Positions 1-13,057 of a DNA stretch of 64,000 nucleotides are shown here, one piece after another; position 1 is the stretch's first letter; each line of letters opens with the position of its first letter. The notes beneath the pieces were generated by a model, which ran no database searches, had not been told where the DNA came from, and saw only the letters and a list, made by a program, of their open reading frames with translations. The stretch covers positions 35,030,001 through 35,094,000 of the forward strand of contig OZ024742.1 in assembly GCA_964016885.1 (NCBI GenBank), in the 5' to 3' direction. The translations under genes were made by a program, and so were the position numbers. The DNA comes from Eledone cirrhosa. Its lineage: Eukaryota.

Positions 1-71
1 TTATATCAATGATTCACCAACTTTTTCTTTTACTCACGGAACACTTCAGAACAAGTCTTTTGGTGCAGTTT

Positions 72-281
72 GAAAAAGTATTTGTACAATTAGAAATACT
101 GAAAAAGTATTTGTACAATTAGAAATACTGAAAAAGTATTTGGACAATTAGAAATACTGAAAAAGTATTTGGACAATTAGAAATACTGAAAAAGTATTTG
201 GACAATTAGAAATACTGAAAAAGTATTTGGACAATTAGAAATACTGAAAAAGTATTTGGACAATTAGAAATACTGAAAAAG
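72..281. repeat. 29-bp minisatellite, about 7 copies (GAAAAAGTATTTG(T/G)ACAATTAGAAATACT)
   Basis: Unit starts at 72,101,130,159,188,217,246,275; first two copies have TGTAC, later ones TGGAC. Confidence 0.95.
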
Positions 282-980
282 TTATCTGAGAAACATGCGT
301 TTGGTGTTTTTCGTTCTTTTTTTGTTTTGTTTTGTTTGTTTGTTTTTTGCAATCTTTTCATTCTTAGTTTAGTTGCTTTTCAGTATATATCGGTGCACCT
401 AATTACATTTTGCAGCGCACCAGCAAGCGAACCAGCAAGCGCACAGCTTGGGGGCCACTAACCTATACCTAAACGAACTTTCTACACTTGCGCAAAACAT
501 GCAAAAAACCTCATATACAGATGACATCATACTCTCAGCTTCCCACCATTCTCCAAACAATGCTACACAACTATTTCAATTACATATGGTCCATCTAGAG
601 ATTTGTCTCTACAACAACAGATTCAAAGTAGCACATAACAAATGTACTATGTCTCTTACTTGTGACACTAATACCAGAGAACCTCGAGTAAAACCAGCCA
701 TCACTCTCAACAATATAAATGTACCAAAGAAAGCAAAACGATGCAGAAACACACTTAAACCAATCACAAACACCATATTTGGTCAACGGCTAGAACAACA
801 GAGGTGTAGAAACATGTCTAAAACAACTACACGTACCACATTTGGTCAACAGAAACAACTACGGTGTACAAACATACGTAGGGCAACAATAGAAACCACA
901 TTTTCTCAACAGAGAAAAAATAACGATGATGTAAAATCAAAGAACAAAAAAAACAACAACAATATAATAACAATAATAAT

Positions 981-1168
981 AATTGTTTCTACTTTAGGCA
1001 CAAGGCCAGCAATTACCCAGTGTATTACTGGTACTTTATTTTATCGACCCCGTAAGGATGAAAGGCAAAGTCAACCTCGGCAGGATTTGAACTCAGAATG
1101 GCAAGGGCCGTAACTCTATGCGTCAAAGTATGGTGTCCGACCCTCCACCGATACTGCCAATTCACCGC
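981..1168 (-). mobile_element. tRNA-derived SINE family A (Meta-domain-like core)
   Basis: Minus strand has A-box TGGCAGTATCGG, B-box GAGTTCAAATCC, core TCATCCTTACGGGGTCGATAAAATAAAGTACCAG and (ATT)n tail; about 11 copies in window. Confidence 0.85.
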
Positions 1169-1532
1169 TCTTAACAATAATAATAACAATAACAATAATA
1201 ATAATAGCATGCAGAAAGTGGAGAAATGGAAAAATAAAACAACACAACACAAAAACACAAGAAAACAGAAGCAAAAACAACAAAATAAAATATATAATTA
1301 AAGTAATAAAGAAAAACGCCCCCAACCCTTTAAAAAAACATAAATCGGCGTGTGGCTGCAGTATGATGACTGAAAGCAGTAAAAGAGTAAAACAACACCA
1401 GAAGTCGATGTTACAGCATGGCCGCAATCTAATAAGTGAAACTACTAAAAGAACAAGACAACAGACTGAAACCAGTAAAAAAGTAAAAGAAATAATAATT
1501 AAACAAAGGCAGAAACGTAAACCAGAACTTAC

Positions 1533-1556
1533 TTCTCAGTGACCTCTTCACTCTGT
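1533..1556 (-). CDS. 24-nt micro-exon of secreted prepro-protein gene: (D)RVKRSLR, furin-type site
   Basis: Polypyrimidine acceptor TTTTATTTTTATCTTTATTTCAG, donor GTAAGT, phase 1-1, in frame with exons at 15639 and 25242. Confidence 0.65.
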
Positions 1557-1639
1557 CTGAAATAAAGATAAAAATAAAATGTAGGAGTTAGCTTAGATAT
1601 TGACCTTTAAACCCCATGTGAGTATTAATGTTATCTACG

Positions 1640-2021
1640 GAAGATCCATAAAGACACCTGAGAAGAATGTAAATGAAGAAATTCTGTTGTAGAGCATGTC
1701 ATTACCACTGCAAAACACCATGGCATTGCACCCGCTTCGTTTGCCCCGCGAATATTTTGTGCCTTCGAATATTTTGCGCCTGCCAAGCAATGCCTTCGAT
1801 ACTGAAAGCGGAGGACTTAAGACTAAGAGCATTCAATGAAGAAGAAACATATGATAAAAGCCGTTCCTGCCTTGACCATCTGTGTTTTTCAAGCATAATG
1901 TAGGAACCTTATGACTGCGGGTTCACATTTGGAAAAATCTTTTCCAAGGTACAAGAACAGCAGTCGCCCATGCATCAAAGTCTCCCCTCTCTATACCATC
2001 GATGTTGTGAGAAGAAGAACT

Positions 2022-2022
<1 letters not shown>
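1640..2022 (+). pseudogene. Heavily decayed RTE-type LINE 3' end
   Basis: Translation with stops NVNEEILL*SMSLPLQNTM...LRLPSNAF...WKNL resembles the RTE C-terminal TNEEVL...RLP...W pattern; ends at (GA)n. Confidence 0.4.
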
Positions 2023-2091
<69 letters not shown>

Positions 2092-2279
2092 GCACACACA
2101 CACATACAGAGTAAAAAAAGAAAAAAGAAGAAAAAGAAAAAGAAGAAGAAAAGGAAGAAAAGGAAAAAGAAGAAGAAAGGAAAAAAAGAAGCAGAAGAAG
2201 AAGAAGTATGTATGTATGTATGTATGTATGTATGTATGTATGTATGTATGTATGTATGTATGTATATACATACATACAT

Positions 2280-2413
2280 ATAACGAAGGAAGTGTGGTAA
2301 GGAACCAGATGGACCATAACGCAACAGAGTACTCATTACTTAGGGTAGTAGAGTGGGTAATAGCCTTCGAAACGGCTTGAGCTCTGCCGTCGGTGTCTTG
2401 AACATTTTCCTAT
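2280..2413. mobile_element. Short diverged terminus of the Naiad-like PLE family at 30574-35533 (two opposed pieces)
   Basis: 2280-2363 matches 30574-30657; 2361-2413 matches 35359-35409 in the opposite element orientation and ends TTCCTAT|(TA)n. Confidence 0.75.
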
Positions 2414-2468
2414 ATATATATATACAATGATATTAAATAAATGGAAACTATATTTATAAAACCATATT

Positions 2469-2529
2469 TATTCTATTATATATATTTCAAGAGTACCAAA
2501 ACTTTGGTACGATCTCATCAGATAAAATA
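2469..2529 (-). ncRNA. Minimal type-I hammerhead ribozyme motif
   Basis: TATTTTAT-CTGATGA-stem GTACCAA/TTGGTAC-GAAA-TATATA-TA-ATAGAATA. Confidence 0.7.
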
Positions 2530-2684
2530 CAAAGTTGTTTTATAAATATTGACATATCCAGGAAGAAGATCTTAACGGTTCAAGTTTTTCCTGGATAGTG
2601 CTTCTTGTCGAGTGCTTCGAATCAGTTATAAACATTTATATTTGTTGAATTACCAACAAATTAAATATCCCTTTTGCTTATATA

Positions 2685-2799
<115 letters not shown>

Positions 2800-3116
2800 G
2801 TGTGTGTGTGTGTAGGAATGTCTGAGAGCCGGTTGGAAAACCGTTTCCTGAACCACGAAACAACCTTCAGACATCCTGATAAAAAAATAAACTATTCTAC
2901 TCGCGAACCATGTGTAAAGGCTCAAAGATAATGGTACAGCGTTCTCCATTTGATGGAGGATACTGGAAATATCAGAAGAAGAAGAAGAAGAAGAAGAAGA
3001 AGAATGGTACAAACCCTTTGACTGCTCTGACCCTGAAACTACGTCGGCGAAAACAGAAATGGCTTGAGCAACTGTAAAGAGACAAGAAAAGCTAAATATT
3101 TATAAATCCAGATAAA

Positions 3117-3182
<66 letters not shown>

Positions 3183-3699
3183 TTTGTACGTGTGTGTGTG
3201 TGTGTGTGTTGGTGTTACTAGTGTATTTATGCATATTGTTGTTATTAATGTGAGAGTGTTAGTCTGTTTGCGTGTGTGTGTGTGTATGTGTGTGACTGCA
3301 TATGTGTGCATGTGTATGCATGTGTGTGCATGTGTATGCTTGTGTGTATGTATGTGTGCCTGCATATGTGTGCATGTGTATGCATACACATGCAATATGT
3401 ATGCATGTGTGTGTATGTGTATGCATGTGTATGCATGTATGCGCATGTGTATGTGTGTGATAGTTGGTTGTAGTTGATGTTCTCTGGTATTGTTGTCATT
3501 AGTTTGGTGCAAGAGTGTTCAAGTGGCTTAGTATTTCAATGCCACGTGTAGCTTTAACGGAATTCTGAGAGGTTCAGCATGACACTGCTTGTATCAAAGT
3601 GTAAGGGTTGATTATTCCACAGACACGTGTACACATAATGCAATTCTAAGGGTTCAACCTTTGACTCAAAGGTACAACTCATTCTGAGTGGACTGGAGT

Positions 3700-3800
3700 G
3701 ACATGTAAAGAGTTTCTTGCTCAAGGACACAACGTGCCGCCGAGAATCGAACACATGATCTTACGATCACGAGCCGAACACCCTAACCACTGAATCACAG
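3700..3800 (-). mobile_element. CORE-like tRNA SINE head (family B relative)
   Basis: Minus strand AGTGGTTAGGGTG...GTTCGATTC...GTGTCCTTGAGCAAGAAAC. Confidence 0.6.
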
Positions 3801-4079
3801 GCTCTTACTGGTCTAAATAAGTAAGGATAACAAGTTGGATTGTTTGTGTGGGTGTGTGTATGTGTGTAGGAAAAATAGCACAAGAAAAAAGAAGTGTATA
3901 AGAGTCGAAAACACAACGTGTGTGTGTGTGTTGTTTTTATGTATGTATGGGGATGGGGTGAAGCGAGAGACTCCTAGTCTTCATTAAATATCTCTATAAG
4001 AAGGTCACTCTGATATAAAACCTGCGACTTCGTTTACATCCAATGATGTAGACCAGTACTTCTTTTAGAAAAAATGCAT

Positions 4080-4292
4080 TCTATGTTCAGAGAGTGGGTT
4101 TGGCCCTGTTCAAAGAATTTCCTCACTTAAAAAAGCTTCAAGCACAGGCATAGCATGATATGTGACATTTTTCGCGATGCATGGCATGGCTGGCCACAGG
4201 CAAATCCCAAGCAAGACAAAAAGCCACGTCCATGATGCTCATGCTTAAGTATCAAGTGATGGCATTACTCAAAATCGAATTGCAGCCATCAT
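4080..4292 (+). mobile_element. Non-coding RTE-tailed element, diverged relative of the 5374-5872 arm; reverse copy near 59900-60060
   Basis: Shares CAGTGGG..TGGC...CTCACT..AAAAGCTTCA.GCACAGGCAT block and ends ACTCAAAATCGAATTGCAGCCATCAT(GTAT)n like RTE tail 8479-8513. Confidence 0.55.
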
Positions 4293-4409
4293 GTATGTAT
4301 GCATATATGTATGTATCTATGTATGTATATATATACATCCATACATACATACATACATACATACATACATACATACATACATACATACATACATACATAC
4401 ATACATACA

Positions 4410-4440
<31 letters not shown>

Positions 4441-4729
4441 GTATATACATATATATACATATATATGTATATACGACTCTCTCTCTATTGCTAAAACTTT
4501 GTGAAATTATAAAACCAGAAGAACATACATATATATATATACATACATACATACATACATATATATATACATACATACATATATATATATATATACATAC
4601 ATATATATATACTTATATACATACATATGTATATACACACATATATATATACATACATATGTATATACATACATATATATGTATATATACATATATACAT
4701 ACATATGCATATACATACATATATATACA

Positions 4730-5870
4730 TGGTGGCTGCCAAGTCGTTTTCGAGTACGGCCACTACTTTATATACATGTAGGAGAACCCCTACCGATGCG
4801 CTGAACGAGTGTGACTTTTTAGTCCAGCCAGCGACTTGAAAACTCTGGTACAAACACTACACTTGTGACAATTATTGACACATAGTGGTGGACCCATGGT
4901 ATCATGTGACGACAAGTGCAAAAAGATCTCCAGATATAAAGCAATGCCTGTGTCGTGAAGCTTTTATAGTGAGCAAAGGCACTGCACAAAGCCAGACCCA
5001 CTCTTTTAACCAAGATGATATTTACCAAAGAGAAGAACAAGTCAACATCATTGGATACCATCAGTGTTGCAGGTGTTATATCAGAGTTTTCCGTCTACTA
5101 GAATTCTGCCTTGACAAAGGCTAAGGGGTCATCTCTCCCGGTGATTTTCGATGGCCATTGACTCTTAAGAGCTCCTTTACCCTTTGACAGGTTTTGTTTT
5201 TAGTCCTGCAGGATGTCCAAAGTCACCCTCCTCACCAAGAAACCTTGGTGGGGTTGCCAGTTTAGTCGCCAACGACCCGACCATGAGACAGGTTGTACTG
5301 GGATACATGTTACCAGTAGCACCAACTGGTGACCTGACATACTGTATGACATACTGTATGTATATATATATGTGGGTGACTTTGGACATCCTGCAGGACT
5401 AAAAACAAAACCTGTCAAAGGGCAAAGGAGCTCTTAAGAGTCAATGGACATCCAAAATCACCGGGAGAGATGACCCCTTAGCCTTTGTCAAGGCAGAATT
5501 CTAGGAGAAGGAAAACTCTGATATAACACCTGCAACCCTGATGGTATCCAATGATGTTGACTTGTTCTTCTTTTTGGTAAATATCATCTTGGTTAAGACA
5601 GTGGGACTGGCTTTGAGCAGTGCCTTTGCTCACTATAAAAGCTTCACGGCACAGGCATTGCTTTATATCTGGAGATCTCTCTGCACTTGTCGTCACATGG
5701 TACCATGGGCCCAGCACTATGTGTCAATAATTGTCACAAGTGTAGTGTTTGTACCAGAGTTTTCAAGTCGCTGGCTGGACTAAAAAGTCACACTCGTTCA
5801 GCGCATCGGTAGGGGTTCTCCTACATGTATATAAAGTAGTGGCCGTACTCGAAAACGAGTTGGAAGCCAC

Positions 5871-5872
<2 letters not shown>
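4730..5872. repeat. 499-bp inverted repeat (4730-5228 / 5374-5872) of an RTE-tailed non-coding element
   Basis: Near-identical reverse complements, mirrored ORFs in the track; outer ends TGGCCGTACTCGAAAACGA..GCCACCA resemble RTE tail at 8479-8513; TA-rich microsatellite on both flanks. Confidence 0.9.
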
Positions 5873-5931
<59 letters not shown>

Positions 5932-6149
5932 ATAACAATAATAATAATAATAACAACAATAACAATAACGACAACAACAACAATAATAATATACATATAT
6001 ATATATACACACACACATGCACGCATGCTGTGATAACCTGGGGCCCCTGCCGTTATTGCCCATTATCTATTTTGTTCCAGAACCTTTATTGCCAATTATC
6101 TCTTTTATATTGTTTTGGAACATCATTGAATTGGGAGAATAACACAAAT

Positions 6150-8515
6150 CTGTTGTACGGTCTCTGAGGTTTATGGGTCGTCTTCTTCTCTGGTGACACC
6201 GCTTCGCAGCAAGGATGGCAAAGAACTTCTTCGTGATTCACAAGGAATTCTACGAAGGTGGCTAGAGCACTTTGATCATCTTTTGAATCAGCCGTCTGTC
6301 GTCAATGAAGATATTCTCAATCTCATTCCAGAAAGTCCTGTGAAAGTACCTCTCGCAGAACCTCCTACGCTTGTGGAGGTTGCAGTGGCTATCTCGAAGC
6401 TGAACAGTGGAAGGTTTCCAGGTATGGATGGCATACATACTGAGCTCCTACAATATGGTGGTGAGAGACTCCTGCAACATCTTCACTCTTTGTTTGGCAG
6501 GATATGGGCTAATGAATCCGTACCTGAGGACTGGAGAGATGCAATAATGGTGGTCTTGTACAAGGGAAAGGGTAACAGGAATGATTGTGGGAACTACAGA
6601 GGTATATCATTGCTTTCTGTCGTAGGGAAAGTTTTATGTAGGGTGCTTCTGGATCGTCTGCTGACACACATTGCAGATTGTGTTCTTCCTGAAAGTCAAT
6701 CTGGACGCGGCACTACTGATATGATATTCTCAGCTAGACAGCTCCAGGAAAAGTGCATGGAACAAGGTTTGGATCTGTATCAGGTTTTTGTCGATCTGAC
6801 AAAAGCTTTCGATACTGTTAACAGAAATGCATTATGGAAGGTTCTCCAGAAACTTGGTTGCCCTGATAAGTTCCTTGCTTTAGTTAGATCTTTCCATGAC
6901 GACATGAAGGCTTGGGTTAATGTCGGAGGTAACATGTCGGAGCCGATCTCAGTAAAAAATGGAGTGAAACAGGGGGATATTCCAGCACCGACCCTGTTTG
7001 CCATACCCTTTGCAATGGTTTTCTGTATTGCATTCATCAATTGCGAGCATGGTGTTTACATCCGATATCGAACCTCAGGCAGCATATTTAACATCAGGCG
7101 CTTTGCTGCAAAGACAAAAGTATTTACACCAATCATAAGAGACCTCTTGTATGCAGATGATTGCGATCGTGTAGCGCACACAGAGAGTGATATGCAGCAC
7201 ATTTTGAATGCATTTTCTGATGCTTGCACTGCCCTAGGATTGACTGTAGTCTCAAGAAAACCATCGTCATGTACCAACCTGCCTCTGGTAAGCAGTACAG
7301 TGAACCAAATATCTATGTGTATGGTAAACGACTTGGAGTGGTTGATCAGTTTGTCTACCTGGGAAGCACTGTCAATCGATACAGCAACCTTGATAGTGAA
7401 ATCTCACTTAGGATTAGGAAAGCAAGTGATGCTTTCGGAAAGCTAGAAAGGCGACTCTGGGGTCGGCGAGACATATGCAAGAAGACAAAGGTAAAGGTGT
7501 ACAAGGCATGTGTGCTCTCTTCTCTTCTTTATGCTTGCGAGACCTGGGTCACATATCGACACCACCTTAAGCAATTGGAGCGTTTCCATCAGATGTGTCT
7601 CAGACGGATCCTTGGCGTTCACTGGAGGGACCATATCAGTGATGTCGAGATTTTGGAAAGCTCTATGTGTGACTGTATAGAAGCTCTTGTGCTTAAACAA
7701 CGACTCCGTTGGAGTGGTCACCTTGCCAGGATGAAGGATTATAGAATACCAAAACAACTCTTTTATGGAGAGTTAGTTAAAAGAAAACGACCGCCACATA
7801 AACCAAAAAAGAGGTATAAGGATTCCTTGAAAGCCTCTTTGAAAGACGCTAACATCTCTGCTGATACATGGGAAAATATTGCTGCTGATCGTAATAAATG
7901 GAGAAAGACTGTATATGAGGGAAAAGTTGCCTTTGAGGCATCTCGAATCGCATACGAGAAAGTAAAGCGAGATGTGAGGAAGGGCATTGCTGTTGCACTT
8001 CCGGGCGGCGAGGGTCCTCCTATGGTGCTGACATGCAGCGTCTGTGCGAGACTCTGCCTAAGCAAAGCTGGACTCGAAAGTCATCTTCGCAGTCATAAAG
8101 TAAGACCAGTGGTTAACTACCAGGCTGCTGTTGGAGATGCTATTAATCATGCTTGCCAAGCATGTGGTAGAGAATGTAAATCAGCAGGAGGGCTCAAACG
8201 ACATGCAAAAGTACATGAACTCCAACCACAGCCGACTATTCCCAGTGAATGTTTTAGTTGCCGACTCTGTGCAAGACATTTTAGATCATTGGCTGGGCTA
8301 AAAAGCCACATTCGATCGCAGCGCTGTTAATTGCTATCGTGTATGTGTGTGTATAGATATGTTTATGTGCGTGCGTGTGTGTGTATACATATATATGTAT
8401 ATTATTATTTATTTTGTAGTCGTTATTATTATTGTTGTTATTATTATTATTATTGTTATTAATTTTTTTTTCTCGTGCAATGGCCATACTCGATAACGAG
8501 GGAGCAGCCATCATG
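6150..8515 (+). mobile_element. 5'-truncated RTE-clade LINE: RT (6193-7446, frameshift about 7245 into 7224-8330) with three C-terminal C2H2-type fingers
   Basis: NYRGISLLS, FVDLTKAFD, GVKQG, LLYADD, YLGS, LLYACETW, RLRWSGH motifs; CxxC..HxxxH fingers; 3' tail TGGCCATACTCGATAACGAGGGAGCAGCCATCAT. Confidence 0.92.
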
Positions 8516-8954
8516 TATGTATGTATGGATGGATGGATGGATGGATGGGTGTATGTATGTATTATCACTGTGTATGTGCACATGTCTGATGAATTCGTAC
8601 TCGCTGAAACTAAATTTGGTCTGGGACACTAGTCCCTCATAAATTTAGTATACAAATTAGGCTAATCAGCCGATGTATATTTGAGAAAATATTATATATT
8701 TCCAACTGTTCAAATGAGTAGCAGAAAAGTATACAATCCTGATGAAGAGAAATAGCTCAGAAACTTGATGACTCAGAAACTTGATTCTTCGATGCGACTG
8801 TTGAACAAACTGATGGCGATGTATATTAAAAACAAAACATAACATAATGAGGCCGTTTGCTTGTAAACGAATCGAATAATATTATCATTATATAAAACAT
8901 AATTACATTTATATAATTCGCTATGTTCGAGCGAAAGATCAAATTCGAATTTTG

Positions 8955-9017
<63 letters not shown>

Positions 9018-9315
9018 GTTCAAGAGTAACCAATCTTAAAGAGAGAGATGGAGATAGGAGAGGAGATATGAGAGGAGAGATTGGTGAATTAGTTAGGAGC
9101 CAAAGAGTAAAGGCATGTGCTCAATGTGCAATATGCAGTAGAAAGCAGCTAGGTGGCTGGGTTCATGCAGAAGTTAGGTGCGCAGAGCTGGAAATATTCA
9201 TTAGTTAAGCAAAACAAGACCACAAATTTCACAAGGAAGACATTATTAAAAGATTGTCAACATATTTTATTTTGATGTAAGGAATGTAGAGAATAATAAT
9301 AATAATATTAATAAT

Positions 9316-9503
9316 AATTGTTTCTACTTTAGGCACAAGGCCAGCAATTACGCAGTGCATTACTGGTACTTTATTTTATCGACCCCGTAAGGATGAAGGG
9401 CAAAGTCAACCTCGGCGGGATTTGAACTCAGATCGTAAAGGGACGTAACTCTGCTGGAAAGCATGGCGTCCGAACGTCTACCGACACTGCCAATCCACCG
9501 CCC
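9316..9503 (-). mobile_element. SINE family A inserted in left PLE arm
   Basis: Full consensus; absent from the mirror position (about 12850-12875) of the right arm. Confidence 0.88.
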
Positions 9504-9673
9504 TTATTAATATTAATAATAATAATGTCCGTTTACAATTGTTTCGCTACCCCATATAATATTTCTGGATCAGATGACTATATATCATAATTGATCTGGT
9601 TCAGTTGAAAGTAATTAACATATTTAAAAAACAGAGCGACTCATCGGAACTTCTAAGGAATATAAATTAAAAT

Positions 9674-9850
9674 AATTGTTTCTACTTTTTGGCACAAGGC
9701 CAGCAATTATTCCAGTACATTACTGGTGCTTTATTTTATCGACCCCGTAAGGATGAAATGCAAAGTTAACCTCGGCGGGAATTGAACTCAGATCGTAAAG
9801 GGACGTAACTATGCTGGAAAGCCTAATCCAACCCTCTACCGATACTGCCA
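9674..9850 (-). mobile_element. SINE family A, slightly 5'-truncated, TSD TAAAATAAT (9668-9676 / 9851-9859)
   Basis: Consensus match; empty site present in the right arm near 12700. Confidence 0.88.
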
Positions 9851-12725
9851 TAAAATAATGAGAGAATGTTACATAATATAATGCTCCATATATTGTTTTT
9901 TCACTATGGTGTCTTGGTTGCATCAGTTGTCAGCCATAATCAAGCAGTATTCATCTGAAGAGGCTGCATTGTGTGAGATCTGCCTATGGGTAACAAGATG
10001 GCTGCCAAAGGACATATTTACCTTACTAATTAGAGGGTGGTTTCAGGGGAAGTAACTCCTCGAGAGATTAGAAATTGTGAGTAGTTTATAGTTAAGTGCT
10101 AATTTAAAATTTGTTTTAATTGAGAGACAATGTAGGGGAGGTAACTTATAATTATCTAAGTTAGTCATAGCTATTTAACTTATTAGCTACAAGTAAAAAT
10201 GGGGCTAGATGACTAAGTTGGGTCAAATATTCTATTGGCGAAGGAATTAGCCCTTCGATGTTGACAGCTAATAGTTACCTCCGTTCTATCGTTAATCGGT
10301 AGAGGTTGTGATAGAGTTATGTAATATGCTTCTGTAATACAGAGATCACAAGATTTTCTTCGTCCATTGAACGGTTGGGCCCTAGCCACGATATCCCATT
10401 TTAGTGAGTGTTGAACGTTGCTTAATTTAAGGTTTTTAATGAGCCTAGCAAGCGATGTCGAACATCTGTTGCTAGGGTCTCGGAAGGAAAAAGAGTGCGC
10501 GTTATAGCGTACCTTAAAAGGGTTAGAGGTAGACTCGATATAAGAGCTGGTATTCGAAGCAGTTTTAACCGTGCACCTATAGACTATGTTGGGTGTCAGG
10601 CAGTGTCCATTTAATGGGCATGCATTAGGGTAACGGCAGTTGCAGTTGCTTCTGCGGTTAGTGAGTGTAGGGTAGTTTAACCTAAGCGGTAGGTCAGTGC
10701 TAGAAGGATTAGATGGGGGAGGTATGCTACTAGAGTAATTATTGGTGTAGTGGCGTGGTGTATTTGATAGGGGTGGTGGTACCGCGGTGTGGGAGTTATA
10801 CTGTCTTAGTTTATGGTGGTTACTGAATGCGATGTGGCTAGCTAGGTTAGGTGTTGTGGAGAATGAGATTTTATTGTTATTTTTATTAAAGAGTTTGTAA
10901 TATCTATGGTTGGGGGGGGTGTTTAGATAGGATAGAGAAGAAGCGTTTAGGAATATTAGTGGCTAGATTAGATGAGAATGGGGGTTAAGTCAGGTGATAT
11001 TTCTAGGTCTATTCCTTCTAGGGGTTCTAGTGGAGTTGATAGAGGCCTTCCTAGGGTTATTATTACCTGGGGATTTGTTATTTGTCATCCCATTTCTCAT
11101 TCCTATTCTAGGGTTGATTTTTAGTTTGCTACTTGGATTGGGGAGCAGGCCGCTGCCACCATTAAACTTCCCTGTATATGTGCTGTTACTGCTAAAATTC
11201 CGGCGAATCTGGCTATATGCTAAGGTATTTCTAGTTCTAGTGCTAAGTTTATTATGGTGAATTGCTGTGTTATGGCATTTAGGCATGTAATAAATTGATT
11301 GTTCATAACCAGATTCAGAAAGAGCCTTATTATAATATTGTGCATGGTTTATAAATATCTCCTCATTTGCTGATAGCATTGAGATCCTATACGAGATAGA
11401 TTTGATTACTGCTCTCATGACTGCCAGTGGGTGGTTAGAGTGTGGGCTAATATATGTGAGTATTTCACCTGGTTTATGGTAAGGGTAATATAGGTTATTG
11501 TTGAGATCCAGGGTGACGTCTAGGAAGTTTACTACTTTATGGTTCGGCTCGATGGTGATAGAGAGACTGTTATTTTTAAAGAATCTATGTAATTGTTTTT
11601 TTAGAAAATCAATGCCCCGATTAGTGCAATTGTGGACTGCAAATAGGGCGTCGTCCCTGTATATTCCGCCTTGCAAGGGTTGGATTTCGACTCTGATGTT
11701 ATCTAATAAGTAAATTCCAACTAAATCGGTGATTTGCTCAGAGTCACTTGAGCCCATGTATAACTCCCACACCACGGTACCACCACCCCTATCAAATACA
11801 CCACGCCACTACACCAATAATTACTCTAGTAGCACACCTCCCCCATCTAATCCTTCTAGCACTGACCTACCGCTTAGGTTAAACTACCCTACACTCACTA
11901 ACCGCAGAAGCAACTGCAACTGCCGTTACCCTAATGCATGCCCATTAAATGGACACTGCCTGACACCCAACGTAGTCTATAGGTGCACGGTTAAAACTGC
12001 TTCGAATACCAGCTCTTATATCGGGTCTACCTCTAACCATTTTAAGGTACGCTATAACGCGCACTCTTTTTCCTTCCGAGACCCTAGCAACAGATGTTCG
12101 ACATCGCTTGCTAGGCTCATTAAAAACCTTAAATTAAGCAACGTTCAACACTCACTAAAATGGGATATCGTGGCTAGGGCCCAACCGTTCAATGGACGAA
12201 GAAAATCTTGTGATCTCTGTATTACAGAAGCATATTACATAACTCTATCACAACCTCTACCGATTAACGATAGAACGGAGGTAACTATTAGCTGTCAACA
12301 TCGAAGGGCTAATTCCTTCGCCAATAGAATATTTGACCCAACTTAGTCATCTAGCCCCATTTTTACTTGTAGCTAATAAGTTAAATAGCTATGACTAACT
12401 TAGATAATTATAAGTTACCTCCCCTACATTGTCTCTCAATTAAAACAAATTTTAAATTAGCACTTAACTATAAACTACTCACAATTTCTAATCTCTCGAG
12501 GAGTTACTTCCCCTGAAACCACCCTCTAATTAGTAAGGTAAATATGTCCTTTGGCAGCCATCCTGTTACCCATAGGCAGATCTCACACAATGTAGCCTCG
12601 ACAGATGAATACTGCTTGATTATGGCTGACAACTGATGCAACCAAGACACCATAGTGAAAAACCAATATATGGAGCATTATATTATGTAACATTCTCTCA
12701 TTATTTTAATTTATATTCCTTTGAA

Positions 12726-12845
12726 GTTCCGATGAGCCGCTCTGTTTTTTAAATATGTTAATTATTTTCAACTGAACCATATCAATTATGATATATAGTC
12801 ATCTGATCCAGAAATATTATATGGAGTAGCGAAACAATTGTAAAC
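12726..12845 (+). ncRNA. Hammerhead-like motif in PLE 3' UTR (CCGATGA variant core); mirror copy about 9531-9650
   Basis: GTT-CCGATGA-long stem II-GAAA-CAATTG-TA-AAC with palindromic stem III. Confidence 0.5.
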
Positions 12846-12970
12846 GGACATTATTATTATTAATATTATTACTATTATTCTCTACATTCCTTGCATCAAA
12901 CTAAAATATGTTGACAATCTTTTAATAATGTCTTCCTTGTGAAATTTGTGGTCTTGTTTTGCTTAACTAA

Positions 12971-13016
<46 letters not shown>

Positions 13017-13057
13017 CCATGGGCATATTAACTTCTTCTATTATATATATATATATA

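Larger units (their letters stand above)
9011..12977 (-). mobile_element. 5'-truncated Naiad-like Penelope-like element with inverted 3' duplication (arms 9194-10800 / 11759-12977)
   Basis: RT SMGSSDSE..GGIYRDD..VNFLDVTLDL..HSNHP (10990-11757, minus); GIY-YIG CNC..CPL..C..VVY..YIG..CDLC on both arms (plus ORF to 12346); flanked by (TA)n. Confidence 0.92.

Noticed and set aside
72-281. CRISPR-like 29-bp repeat array
   Set aside because: Units are contiguous with no unique spacers, no cas genes, eukaryotic context.
448-1113. 221-aa ORF
   Set aside because: Non-ATG start, A/C-rich degenerate about 60-bp repeats, runs into an antisense SINE; no domain.
2935-2975. Possible minus-strand exon after a (TTC)n acceptor
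   Set aside because: No convincing donor; more likely a retroelement tail ending in (GAA)n.
10990-10992. In-frame TGA in Naiad-like ORF as selenocysteine (reported for some Naiads)
   Set aside because: It aligns with Trp of RNVTWFNPP in the intact 31880 ORF, not Cys; the simplest explanation is a TGG>TGA nonsense mutation.
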